The notes beneath the pieces are model-generated. The model saw only the letters and a program-made list of their open reading frames with translations. It was not told the origin of the DNA and ran no database searches. A program made the position numbers and the translations under genes. A stretch of DNA of 63,672 nucleotides, filler included, from Sphacelaria rigidula (lineage: Eukaryota), in the NCBI GenBank assembly GCA_964200075.2. It is 11 parts of 11 records of this genome, joined end to end, with 100 filler letters (N's around TTAATTAATTAA, not from the genome) between each part and the next. Parts side by side here need not be neighbours in the genome. Positions count along the whole stretch, not along the records: positions 46,382 to 52,078 come from CAXNAA020025170.1; positions 52,179 to 57,875 come from CAXNAA020025171.1; positions 57,976 to 63,672 come from CAXNAA020025172.1; 8 more parts are not named here. One strand, written 5' to 3'. This document shows, one piece after another, positions 49,545 to 62,000 of this stretch; position 1 is the stretch's first letter, and each line of letters begins with the position of its first letter.

Positions 49545-51283
49545 ATGCCTTTTCAGTGCGCTGCAAAAGAAAGCGTGGGGAAGAATGCCTTGCTGGCAGA
49601 GAAAACTCGGCAAAAGTGGTGAACATGTGAAATGATACATGTACATGATACACATGGGATGAATGAAGGGAGAAGAAGTGCGCGAGTCATCGCTTTGTCC
49701 GCTTCGATTGAGCAAGTATATATTGCCCTCCGCGAAAAAAAACAGACGTGGACAAACAAACACAACTGATGAGGGAGCCTCCAACTACATAGGACGATGT
49801 TTTCGTGAGATTGAGAGTAGAGGATACGGTTGAGAAGGAAAAGCGGTCAAATAGTGATTTAATCCTTTCACTTCCGAAATATGCCTCCGCGAGGCCCTTA
49901 CCGAAGCAGCGGGCTACCTCACAGTTATTAACCTGCGAAGCACCAAGACAGAGATGATCCTGTAAAGTCAGTGTTTCGCCAAAGGCAAAAAAAAAAAATC
50001 GGAACAAAATCTTACCGTTTTGCCCTCTAGTGCGCACTGCTGCAGCGCAAAGCACCAGGCATAGCGACTGGGAACTGTTGACTGTGGTTTGCACAGCCTA
50101 TGAGCGATGTTTCAGCGCCTCGCAGCGGCTGCAGCGCGCTTAGGGCCGTGCGCCATGAAGTATGCAGCTCAACAGACTGTATGCCGATCGGTGCACTACA
50201 GATGGTTATGATCCAGAAAGGACCGCAGTAAAGACCGGTGCCGGTTTGCTACCGCGTCGGCCGTCCAGTCGCTCCACATGTCTAAGTTTATGCATCTGCG
50301 CATGCATATATGCATTCGCCTGTAGTGCGACACTGGTAGACCTAAAGAAATGTACATAAACAACGATTGATACTCGATTTGACTTGGTTTCAGGCTAAAG
50401 AAAGTTCTGAGAAAAATCATGATTTGGGGAAGGTGAGCAGGTGTGAGCAGTAGAACCAGGTCGTCCAGAACGTGTTTTGGTCCAAAATCGGCTCAAAGGC
50501 GTCGATTTGAGCTCTCGAAAGGCGTCGATTCGACTTCTCGTAACGCACGCTCTAGGTACGAAACTGCACCCCCCTTGCCCGAGAGTTCTCGGTATGCCTT
50601 GGTCGATGTTAGTGCTAGGGTTAGCGTTAGGGTTGGTGGCATCTCCATAGCACCCAACCATTGTTTACGTACATTTCTTCAAGCCCCCTCGGTGAAGTAC
50701 TGGTGCAGGGATGCACCCCTGTCACAAGGACATTCTTGCGCCGGTACTTCACACAGGAGCATCCTTTGAGGGAACTCTCTGTTACGGGTTGCATGACCAC
50801 AGGGATTTGGTCACCCCCCTGCGCTTGTCGAGCACAGCTGACCCACAGTGAGGACGTTTGCCCACGTGTATACCTTGTTCAACTTGCCAACGGCTCATTG
50901 CACGATCTTGGTTTTGCTGGTGACTAAGGCCAAGGCACTGTTCAATTGTTTTCAACTGCTTTGCTTTCATCTTCTTGTGACATTCGCTACACAATCGCTG
51001 TCTTCGTACTCCCGAATCAACGAGAACGCAAAGAAGTACCCCGCCATGAACAGGCTTTTGTGGTTCGGGATCGACACCCCGCAAAAAAGAGCCAGTGTGG
51101 ACGACTTTCGATGGCCAGAACACGCGCCACAGGTATCAGATGACACCCAAACCTGAAAGGTAATGTACCGCTGCACCTTCTTCGTGCACTGCATAAGAAA
51201 GCGCGTGATAAGATACCTTGCCGCCTGAGGAAACTCGGCAAAAGTGGTGGAAAAAGTGAAATGACACATGTACATATATATAC
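49545..51283 (+). repeat. Direct repeat pair (~110 bp) at 49545-49650 and 51175-51283
   Basis: Shared aaactcggcaaaagtggtg.a.a.gtgaaatga.acatgtacat. Confidence 0.7.
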
Positions 51284-52761
51284 GGAGGGAAAAACACTTT
51301 GAATCATGGGCAGCTACACCGACGTACAGTGGCGGTCAACAAAAATCCGGATCATTTATTGTCTTGAGCAACGGCGGATCAAGACATATGCGTATGTGCG
51401 CAGAGAAAAACGGTTCGGAAATCGCAGGTGCGGGGATTATCGTTGTACACAAAAGGGGGACCGTCCAACCGAAGCACGGACCAGGAACTAGTGTGGTGAG
51501 GCGATCGGGGTAAGGATCAATCCTCACGTAGTGCTCTTGAAAACTTCCCCTCTTCAAGCGCCGACGGCTGCCGGAGAATAAGACATGGAGGTCCGAAAAA
51601 ATCGGGTATTGAGCGATGGCGCCCCTGTGTTTTCTCCGAAGTTTTTCACTACGACGGCGTCTACGTGTAGGAAAAAATACGCGAACATGACGCGGCATGG
51701 ACGTCGGACGCCCGTGATATCCATAGAGTTTCCTCCGATACCTGCGGGGTATCTAGAGGCTCTGCCAGCTACGAAAATTTGCGGACTAAGGCTGAGCCAA
51801 CTTTACTTGATGATTGGAGCACTTCTGGCATCTTAACTTCTTTGATTCAGAGTGTCTTCACCTGCCTCATTAGCTAAACTCAACATTGAGGGCATGATGC
51901 CGACTATGATGAAAAAAGACCTCCTTGAGCGGGCTAATGTGTTTTCAACTTTAACCCTTTTGGGACCGGACTCCTACTAACACAGGGTCAACCCTGTGTT
52001 AGTGGAATAGTAAAAAATAAGTCTTCGAGCGACCTACCCAATCACAGCGAGGCGAATTTCATCGACCAGACCCGAACGNNNNNNNNNNNNNNNNNNNNNN
52101 NNNNNNNNNNNNNNNNNNNNNNTTAATTAATTAANNNNNNNNNNNNNNNNNNNNNNNNNNNNNNNNNNNNNNNNNNNNCGAGTCAACTTATTATACTAGA
52201 ACCAAGTAATTTCCTGACGAATCATTATTTGTCCTAACCGTGTAATGTTTACCGCGAAAGGTCCACTGTGTGTTATCATTGGGACCGTTGGAGTTGGGCA
52301 TACGCTTGCTGAGCAATATGTTGAGCGCGTTTGCTTGTCGGGAATGTGTTTCTCTGCGGTACTGAGATTCATGTGGCTTGCACTTGACCTATCTTCTGAC
52401 ACGCTTACTTCAACAGCCGCAGTTGCTACGGTTCGCGTTCGAGTCAATGTTAACCTTCGGACCCTGCGACACTTCACAAGCTGTCGTTTTCATCCTTATA
52501 TTCCTCTTCCTGTTTGTTTTCTTATCTCTTCATTTTTCAAGCGATGTGTTGAGAAAATGCTTGCACTCGGAACCTCAAATCGCCACGCACCGTGTACCTT
52601 CTTCCCCCCCGTCCTCGGGGACGTTGAGCTCACGTGACTGTCCCGCCATACTTGCATAATACGTCACAAACTCTTCACACGGAATTCAAGTCCATGTATC
52701 AACTCGATAACATCATGCTGTCTTTTCACGTGTCTCGTGTTTTTGTGCATGGCTGCCACAG

Positions 52762-52901
52762 TGGGACACCGCGGGGCAGGAACGGTTCCGCACCATCACG
52801 TCTTCGTACTACCGGGGAGCCCACGGAATTATCGTGGTCTACGACGTGACGGACAAGGAGTCGTTCAACAATGTGAAGCAGTGGCTACACGAGATCGACA
52901 G
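52762..52901 (+). CDS. RAB1: Rab1/YPT1 (RabD) small GTPase, internal exon
   Basis: cag|TGG..AG|gtgata; [47 protein letters not shown] (G3 box, Rab1-type [12 protein letters not shown]). Confidence 0.95.
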
Positions 52902-53597
52902 GTGATACGAGTTTCTTTTAGTGATTATTTTTTGTGTTTCGTTTTGTGTGTTTGTTCTCTGTCCTGAAAACATCTTGCCGCTTACCTTCTTTTTTCGTGA
53001 AACGCTCTTCTCAAGTTGATTTTTTTGGCATTACTCAACAAGGATTTTACCATACCCTCCTCTAGCTGACCTTCTTTATCACGTGGGTTATATATATATA
53101 TCCATGTTTGCCCCTTGGACAGCGAACCCCCCGCAGGTGGACTGAGTCAGACTATGTTTTGTTTGGGGTTCAAAACAGCTCTTTCCGCGCCACACGCAAC
53201 ACATTTTTTCATGAACCCGTGGATGCCGGACATGTATGGAGAAAATAGTTCCGAAGAACCCCTGACCGGTTTTGGCCCTGCAGGCAAAAACGTACAGAGT
53301 CAGTACGAGTATGTGCGATATGTCACCGCTGGATACAGCGGCAAAAAAGAGTCAGCCCGCGATTGCTCTCCACTGAATACAACCTGCTGCATACTGCTGA
53401 TGCCTCTGCTTTGTGTTCAACATAACTTTATCTTACAGTGTGAAGCTATGCTGGCAACACCTGAGGCGCCTGACAGGCGTCACAAACCTCTAGTACCAAA
53501 CGACTTATTTATTCCATGTAGTCTATGGTTGTAATGTCCTCACCGACATGAGAATTACACGTAGACAGCGAAGTAGTCCACCTTCAGGGGAACCACG

Positions 53598-54309
53598 TGC
53601 TCATCTTGACCACCATGGTTGATTGGAATGGTCATTCCGCGCCCCTCGGGCCTCGTCCCTGGGTTAGAATCTTCGGTGGGAAACTGTTTAACACACACGG
53701 TTTACTTGGTGAACTTTTCGGCTGCTCTGCGGACAAATACCCTTCCCCCCCGGCATCTGAAAACCCTCGAATGTCTGTGGACTGTCAGCCTGTGGAACTG
53801 CTCCGAGGCGACGCTTGCTTTCGAAGGGTCACCACTGCAGAAGTTGGCCCTACATCAAGTGAAGAAATGATGAAACACCTCATTTCGATGCTAGCTACTC
53901 CTTCACTCAATTTCAATAGCGACATGGAGCTTGTTAACATGGCCATACCGAATATACCCGTATGGGATTACCTCCTGGACTGACTTCTTCAAACCGACAA
54001 TTTGGTGAGGGACGAACAACCCTTCTGTGGCACACGGCTGTTCATCGGTTGGCGATGACACTGTCAACCCTTGGACGGCGAGCATCGCCTCGGAACAGTT
54101 GTTCAGGCTCACATTCCCGAGACATCGGGGGGTTTCCAGAGCTCGGGGGCGGTGGTTTTTGAGAGGAGGAGTGTCTCTCCGCGGAGAATCGGAGAATTCA
54201 CGGAGTCAACCACGTGTGTGAAGAAGTTTCTCGCGGAAAATTATGAGCCGTGCACGAGGTCCGAGAGGCGTGGGTTGACCATTCTGACCAATCACGGTCA
54301 ACATGAGCC
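53598..54309. mobile_element. Old foldback element in Rab1 intron
   Basis: Diverged inverted arms 53598-53832 and 54063-54309 (gctcat.ttgacc, gaatggtca, aactg.tccgaggcga.gct). Confidence 0.7.
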
Positions 54310-54934
54310 CTCTTGCTCCGGTAGTTAGACAGCTAATGAACACCTCCGTCGTCTACCCTTGAATCTCATTTTGATCATCCGAAATCAACCGTAGATTATA
54401 TAACCACAAAGCAGGTGTTCGAGCATCTTCGGTACACTGTGTTCAGTACTGCCTGAGCGTCCAGCCGGCTCCACATCTCCATCAAGTATAAAACGTCACG
54501 GCGCAACACGCGAGCGGCGGCCACGAGTATCCTACGCACGTAAATGTAGACGAGTCGACCGCAAATCGCCGAGGAAATGCTTCACGGTAGTCAGGGGTGT
54601 TCGCTGTGGTGGTCATGGTGCTATATCCAAACGCACGCTGCGTACACTCGGCACGTTCAACACTGTGAGATCCATTACGCTGCAGACCGCACAGGCAGCA
54701 GCGGCACGATACACTACAGACTGCACAGCAAAAACACGAGGCGTAATGTGCAGGTGGTCGACAACCACACCACCGTCTGGGTCATGACTCTCACAACTAT
54801 GTGCCTCTTATGCACTCCCGGTCCCTTCCGCCTTGGAGTAGGCGTTTCAAGTTGTGACAAAGGAATGATTCTGAACCCAAAAAGTGGAGTGTCTACCTCG
54901 GTCTACCAGTGGGGGGGTCGCTGTCTAAGTCTTG

Positions 54935-55389
54935 AACATGATACTCACTGCGAAAGCTAGGCAACGAGGTCACCATTTTTTCGCGCAATTGCGTTTCTTT
55001 TGTCTGTAACCATGGCGGTGGTCGAGCTAGATCATGTTGTGCGGCGTGGGAGAACGTCAACTCCGCACAAGGGGGGTGATCGTACTACGTAGTGTTTGAA
55101 TAGTGAGACACCCATGAGGCAGTACATAGGCCGTGGCTGTCTCTGGAAGTGGCGATACCACAAAATGAGGCAACTCACTGTAGGCTGTCATCCGAATGCA
55201 AGATGATCAGTAGGCTTCGGGCCGAACAATCTTTAAGCAGGATGCAGCTCACCCTCCATGCGACTCGCCCAACACACCACGGCGCTTGGCGCTTGGTGAT
55301 TAAGTGCGAGCCTCGTCCGGCTTTGCAGGGATGCGAGATCGATGGTCTCATGGCTACGGCATGCATGATCATGAGTACGCCCGCCCCCC
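54935..55389 (+). mobile_element. Long F2 oligo(C)-tailed retroposon copy in Rab1 intron
   Basis: Similar to 48480-48955; ends gggatgcgagatcgatggtctcatggctacggcatgcatgatcatgagtacgcccgcccccc. Confidence 0.75.
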
Positions 55390-55470
55390 ATGAGCTTCCA
55401 GGTACACAATCCCTCACCCCGTCATGACAGTTGACCTTTTTCTCATGTACTCGCCCCTCGCGTTGACAAG

Positions 55471-55558
55471 GTATGCGTGCGAAAACGTGAACAAGTTGCT
55501 GGTGGGAAACAAGAGCGACCTTGAGGCTAAGCGCGCGGTGACCACAGAGGAGGCTAAG
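55471..55558 (+). CDS. RAB1: Rab1/YPT1 small GTPase, next exon
   Basis: aag|G..AAG|gtgagc; YACENVNKLLVGNKSDLEAKRAVTTEEAK (G4 NKxD); phase 2 join to previous exon. Confidence 0.95.
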
Positions 55559-56405
55559 GTGAGCAACACCTTTGGTCCAAGGGAAATATGTATGAGTGTA
55601 CTCGTACATTGGACGTGTGCAGGGGTGATTCAACCCTCAACTGCTATCAGTGATGATGTTTGTGCAGTAAGGCGGTATTCGGATCACCCCCTCCCCCTTC
55701 CCCCTCCCACAAGTCGCCATGAACCTTCTCGTGTGTTTTTGTATCTTCGTTATATCTATAACCTTCGTACAAAGAACATGCACTGACTCGAATGGGACCA
55801 TGATTACGAATTGAACCCGTGCGGGTCTCGTTTTGGCGAACCCGAAGTATTGCGGGTCCGCCTTTTTGTTGGACTCATGAAGTCCCAGCCCCAAAGACAT
55901 GCATACCGTGAACCCTCGTGCGCGCCGGGGGGGGGGGGAAGTGAGTCCACACTAGCTGTAGTCACAGTGCCAAGGTTACAATACTTGACGTCCAAGAAAA
56001 TAGTGAGCCTGTATAGGTAAAATGGGATTGTCAACATAGACTGCTTTGAGGCCACAGGGTGAACGTTCCTGTTTCATATTAATTGCCTATCGCAGTGATC
56101 GGTGGACAAGGCGGGAGCGGCGGGGGCAACACTTGCTGATCCTCGAAATCACGCACTCATCCCCAGACGGGAGTTATTGTGTGTGCGTGGAGGATACTCA
56201 TGATGTTGCATTCCGTAGTCATGTCCGTTGGCCTCGTATCCCTACAAAGCCAAGACGGAGCACGCCCGATTTGCACCGGACCGCCGGAGAGGCGGGGGGG
56301 GGGGGGGGGGACACAACACCACCAACACAACATACGACACACCACACCAGACANNNNNNNNNNACACGAACAAGACCGGGGGCGGCGCCCCGTGAAGGCG
56401 CCGGG

Positions 56406-56437
<32 letters not shown>

Positions 56438-58329
56438 GTAATATAAGGAAAAATGTACTCCTACACCATCGCTCAGTTCAACGTGTGTAAGAAGAGTCGG
56501 GATAAATGCCCGTATACCCTGGAAGTACCGCCCGAGACTAGTTCATTTTGTTTTCGCCAAAATTCGAAATTTCGACATTGTGACGATTCTTACCGTCCGT
56601 GACTAGTACATGTTGTTTCCCCCAAAGTTCGAAATTTCAAGATCTCAGCGATTCTTTTTCCACCGCATACTCTCGAGGGAGTCTGATATTTTCCACGATT
56701 CCAGCGAGATGTTCGACAAAAAAAAACCCTCGTCAGCGCATGGCAGCTTCACACTTTCACTTCACGGCAGCCGTCAGCTATTTCGCACACGGCATGGTTC
56801 TCACCTGTCTACTGCATAATATGCTGAAAGCTGCATGTAGACTGGTTGAATATTCTTCGCGACGGTACCATCCCTGCAGTCCTGTACACTTGAGAACGAT
56901 ACCGCCGGGGATGATGTGAAACCAACGGTATATTGACCATGTTGTCGCCACAGCGTATGTATTGCCGGCCTGTGTTTTTTAGTTGACTGTTAAGGCCGCC
57001 ACGGGTTGCCCTCACAAATTCAGGTGTTTGTAAGAATTCCATTTTCTTCACCTCTACCTGATGCGAAGTGCTCACAGTGCGCAGCAACGTGTTGAACACT
57101 ATACCTGTTTATGCCACGAGATTCCGGGTAAATTGCTCACTGCTCCTCGGCATTCTGCTTTGGTGCTCGAATCACAGCTGCACTCGTACAGTTTACGGCA
57201 AAGCGAACGGCACTAATGGGGGGATCCCGCGCCCTCCCGGTTCGGTAGAAATCAGTGGCAAGAAGCCTATACTTTACCTAGTATACTTTTTGTCGATTGC
57301 ATCTGTTGACCATATATTGTCCAGGCCGTGACTTGTTTTGAACTGCTGTCTCTGTCGAGTTTGTGATCGTCCATCTAGCCGGCAGTATACATTGCCCGTA
57401 TTAGAAAGCATCAACCACGCTTGAGTGGGACCTCCCCTACTGTGTGTCGATATGATGGAAGATCAGACTCTTCAGCACACCTGAACCAAGATTTGGTGTA
57501 TCTTCGGAACATCGTAGAGTCCTGAAAATGATGTTCGAGTCGGGCCGCTTTATGCACCGACACGTAGTCCGAAATGGCTTGCTGGTCGCGATTCATTTAG
57601 TGTGTGAGCACAGTCAGGCCAGGGGCATGAACTGAGTTCGAGTTGCCTCTTGAGGGCTCTATATCTGTACCCTCGAAATCTCTCTCAGCCGATACATTGC
57701 ACCCGGTGCGGGGCATATCAGGGTCGTCCGTGATTGACTTGCCATCACTATAGCTGTAGCCTTTCTCATCGTGGATGAATCCTGTAGTAACAAAAACACT
57801 TTTTTTTGGGGGGGGGGGGGGCGGTCCGTTGTACGGTTTTCTGCTTTTTTTGTTTTTTCTTACCAACCACACTTGNNNNNNNNNNNNNNNNNNNNNNNNN
57901 NNNNNNNNNNNNNNNNNNNTTAATTAATTAANNNNNNNNNNNNNNNNNNNNNNNNNNNNNNNNNNNNNNNNNNNNCCTCCTAACGTCCTTATCCATCTGA
58001 TCAGGGGGGTACCTACCCATCCAAAATGAGTCCCCCCCCCCCCCACCCGTCGCCCAGAATAAAGTTTTCGGGAATCGGGGGCGGTGAATAACTTATTCCA
58101 GTCTGTGAGGCCCCTTGACCCGAGACATGACAACACTCAAACATTCGCTGAAGAATAAAATAAGAAACAGAAAAAAGGTAGAACAGAACAAGAGAGTGGC
58201 CTACGAAGAAAAAAAAAAGAATGACCGGCCTCTGCCCCACGGGTTCAGTGGGAAAGGTCTTGCGCAGAACCACACTCTCATACCCAGTCGTAGGAAACAA
58301 AATGCCATGGGAAAAGATTGCGGCACAAT

Positions 58330-58566
58330 TATTATGGCCGCATGATTTGGAGTATTGACTAAACTCCCGTACCGCATCGACTGTCGTGCAACAAAGTCGC
58401 CCAAGCGTACTCTTTTTCCTGCTCGCGTTCTCGTGCTCCTAACGACCCAACGACGGGAATCAGATGTTCCTTAGCAAAAAGCCAAACCAGGCGCACCCGG
58501 CGGGGATCGAACCCGCGGTTTTCCCGCACTAATGTCGTCAGTTGGGCCGTTAGACCACCGGGGCGC
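58330..58566 (-). mobile_element. tRNA-derived SINE (best-preserved head)
   Basis: Head 58566-58491: A-box TGGTCTAACGG, perfect T-arm GCGGG-TTCGATC-CCCGC, acceptor-like pairing, no canonical anticodon arm. Body similar to 3380-3490. Confidence 0.7.
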
Positions 58567-58606
58567 AACGGCTGCGCTGCCTATATTTCCCCCTCCTGTA
58601 TGTGTA

Positions 58607-59073
58607 GAAAAATTTGAAACCGCAATATCGGGTGGGAGACCTGGACCTGCCGGAAAGAAGAAGGAGATTCACCAGTAGTCGAGGAGGAGGACGTAAATGC
58701 ACAGAAGTGCCCCTGTGGCAAAGCAATAGAGGGCAGAGGTCATAGAGTGGCAAAATGTGAGTTATACAAGGAGGAACGGGACGTGCTAGAGGGGGAAATG
58801 CGGGACGTGAACGAAGGTGGCATGAAATCGTTTGATACATTAGACAGTAGGGAGAAAACCTCGGCTATACTAGGAGATAGATGGTGGTCACAGACGGTGA
58901 ATTAGGATGGAGATGAGATATGTTCAAGGTTTTTGGGTAGTGTATCGAAGAAACGTATTGAGCACCTAAATGTTGGAGGTGTCTCTGTTAGGAGTAGGAA
59001 CGGTGCTCCGTCTCGAAACGGATGCGTGGTCGATGGTCAAACGACTAAGACAAGCAACAAATGAGCGCCCCCC
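58607..59073 (+). mobile_element. 5'-truncated LINE (ORF2 C-terminus with zinc knuckle), oligo(C) tail, 18-bp TSD
   Basis: LKPQYRVGDLDLPERRRRF/fs/EEEDVNAQKCPCGKAIEGRGHRVAKCELYKEER...LGDRWW...GCVVDGQTTKTSNK*; TSD CCCCCTCCTGTATGTGTA at 58589-58606 and 59074-59091. Confidence 0.88.
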
Positions 59074-62000
59074 CCCCCTCCTGTATGTGTATCGTGAAAT
59101 CATCTCCGTGCTTGTACATTATCCCCCTGTACAGCGTTCGAAATATTAATTTATCGTTACCCTGACGTTATTAGTAGGTTTGTTGCTGTGGTCAGAGGCT
59201 TTCAGAAAATCGAAACACTCCCGTTGGCGAATTTCAGGGATCTTTCCAAAATCCTCCAAAATGCGAAATGTGGAGGGATTTACTTTTTTTCTCTGTTTCC
59301 CTCGTTTTTTTAACACCAACTCTATCGCCGGAAAATCCTGCATTATTCGGAAAGTCTTTTGACCGTTCATTGCAGCTTCAACAAAGAACTATCCGCGATG
59401 TTGGGGGGTGACGGAGCACGTGGGGAATTGTTCAAGACTCTGCCCGCACCACTAGAATTGGTCGAGTTGAGGCTACCTACGTGGTGACGGTAGGGACAGT
59501 AAACTCGTGGGTGTAGACGGTGAGCCACGGGGACGTAGTGGATGTGTGAGTGTGTGCGAGGGCTGGGGTAAGGACGAGAGCAGAGAAGTGGAATGAACTG
59601 ATGGCGGGGACAGGTGAGGTGTGTCCCTCATCCAACATTGGAGTATGACGACACTCCGGTAACGAGAATGAACGATGACCCGAGGTCACAGTACGTCCCG
59701 TCCACGAGAAACATTCGAAGAAACATGCGGGGGGCAGATAGCTGTGCTCCGCATGTCTTACGGAAACTCTCGCCGAAGAAAAGTGAAGAAAACGGAGAGG
59801 TGAAACAGACAATGCAGAGACGAAACGTGTGTTCCAATCATGTTTGTGGGCAGAGCGGATGGGGCGACAAGAACGCGATTGTACCATTTTCATGTGAACA
59901 AGATCGTTTTTCAGGGTCAGTCGGACAATATTCAAACTTGTGACGGAACAAAGCACGAAGACGGTGACGACCTGCTGGTTTGTTGAAATGTTTGAATGTG
60001 GGATTCAGATGTTTGAATATGGGAGTGCACTTGTGATGGTAGTAACCTCTGATCCTGTGGGGTGTTGAGTGTTTCAAGCAACTTTACCTTTTTACACAAA
60101 AGTGGTAGATGTGCACTCGGTGCTTCGGCCGAGGAAAACAGAGGCGTTGGGTAACCTACACGTGCGTTTTGTCCATCCGTTTAAAAATCAGGCTCGTTTA
60201 GCATGTAATCATTGGTTGTATGCTTCTTCACCCTTCCGGGCCTTCGCGGTGTACATTTCAGATGCTACCATCCATGCTATCACCTCGACACAAGTGGGCA
60301 CGCGTCAAGGGTAATGTCGAGTAGTGACACAAATCATTCCGTTATGTTCGTCTTCATAGAGTATGCAGGTTTCGCAGCTGCAGTTTCGTCAGAGCGAGTC
60401 CTGTATTGTCTTTCTGTAGCTGCGGGTGACGGTATCTCTGAGGAACTCACTCGCGCCGACACCTAGACCAGAAGAAAGCACTACGCGTCCCCGCTGGACC
60501 AAAACATGATGCCTCGCCGTGTATTTGGAATAAGAGAACGCCATTTATTTATTCACCACGTGGAGCCACACAAACACAAGTACAGGGTACAGATATTCGA
60601 TAAGTACTCATACTGCCACTGAGTGACCGTCTCCTGATACTACAGGGTTCTCAGGTAGCTGGCAACTGTTGCCCTTTCTGGCGATGCAGAATTTGCGGGT
60701 CACCTGATGTATGATTTTTGGTAGTCACCTCCATCCAGGTTCTGGTTTTCGCGGTGCATGTGGCCACTGCTGTTCAGGCTATGTTTCAAAACAGAAATGA
60801 GCAGCATGCAACATAACGGCAAGATATAGTGCACCATGTTATTCTAGTCCACCAACAGCGCACACGTGTGTTTAATCCGAAGGTTTTGATGTGTACTAGT
60901 GTCACCCATACACGATGTCTCGGACTGTATAATAGTATCGCGGAGGTTGGCAGAATAATCAACACAGTACCGTGCAGTCGATACGCTACATCTGCACTCT
61001 ATACTACGGTACAAAACAATACATGGAAAAAAAAATCGCCCGGTTGCTGCTCCCTTGATCCTGTTTTACAAATGATGAACGATGCTACACAACAATATTA
61101 AACATACGTACAGTACCACACCGTGCTTGATGACTATTCCACGAATTGTGTGTTCAGTTCCATAGCTTGCAGCAGCCCCTCCTTTTGCAGTACATGTACG
61201 GTTCTATGCTGATTATATATACTCCGTGCGGTGAAATCGGTTGTACTGTAATCCTCCCAGGAGGTGTCTGATCGTATCTACCTACCAAGCATGAGTCTCA
61301 AATATCCGGAGCCATACTCGTGATCCTCGTAACACAATGTTCGTGCTCATAAAGTTTCGACTCCAAACTTTAGCGCTTGAGAAAGCGTTATCCTCCGTCA
61401 AAGCTTCGGTACCAACGTACGACAAGCTCGTAGCCAACGCGGCATGAGCAGCAGGGTTTGTAGCGGAGTGAAAAATCCTGTTGTTCAACGACGTACTACT
61501 GTAGCACGGTACGGTGCACAGATTTGCTTGAAGAATACTTATCGTTGTCCGTGCAATCCCACGTTCGCTTCAAGCATCGGCCATCGATCTCGTAGCGAAT
61601 ACGGGACAAATCAGAAGCTACTGAGAGTCGAAGGATACGTTAAATCGCTGTTGACGTCGTGGTCAGATTGGCACCGGTTTGGCAGCGTGAAGTTGAGTGC
61701 AACCTGAGAAAGTTGGTAGGGCACCCAGGCATATGTGAAAAAAAATCACGTTGTGCGCTTTGTATTCCTAGCTAACACTGAAGAACTCTCTCCGCAACAA
61801 AGCTGACTTCTATGTGGGAATATTGGTGCACAAGCAAGCGCCGAGATCGCAAGGAGCTCGCCCCTCAGTGAGCTCCTTGGCAGATCTCCACCCGTTGAGT
61901 GATTTTCTCTTGGGCCTAGCGCTCAAATATTGAAAAACAATCGCCAATTCCAGGCAGACAGGCAGACGGGCAGGCTGACAAACAGACAAGATAGGCGGCG

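Noticed and set aside
50640..51160. Decayed coding-like minus-strand segment
   Set aside because: Many stops and no recognisable domain.
51951..52078. piggyBac-like left end (TTAA CCCTTT plus internal palindrome)
   Set aside because: Only one end is visible before the contig break; cannot be confirmed.
56354..56363. 10-N gap near G-runs
   Set aside because: Ordinary scaffolding gap next to homopolymers.
58491..58566. tRNA gene
   Set aside because: No canonical D or anticodon arm, and it continues into a body shared with other dispersed copies; treated as a SINE head.
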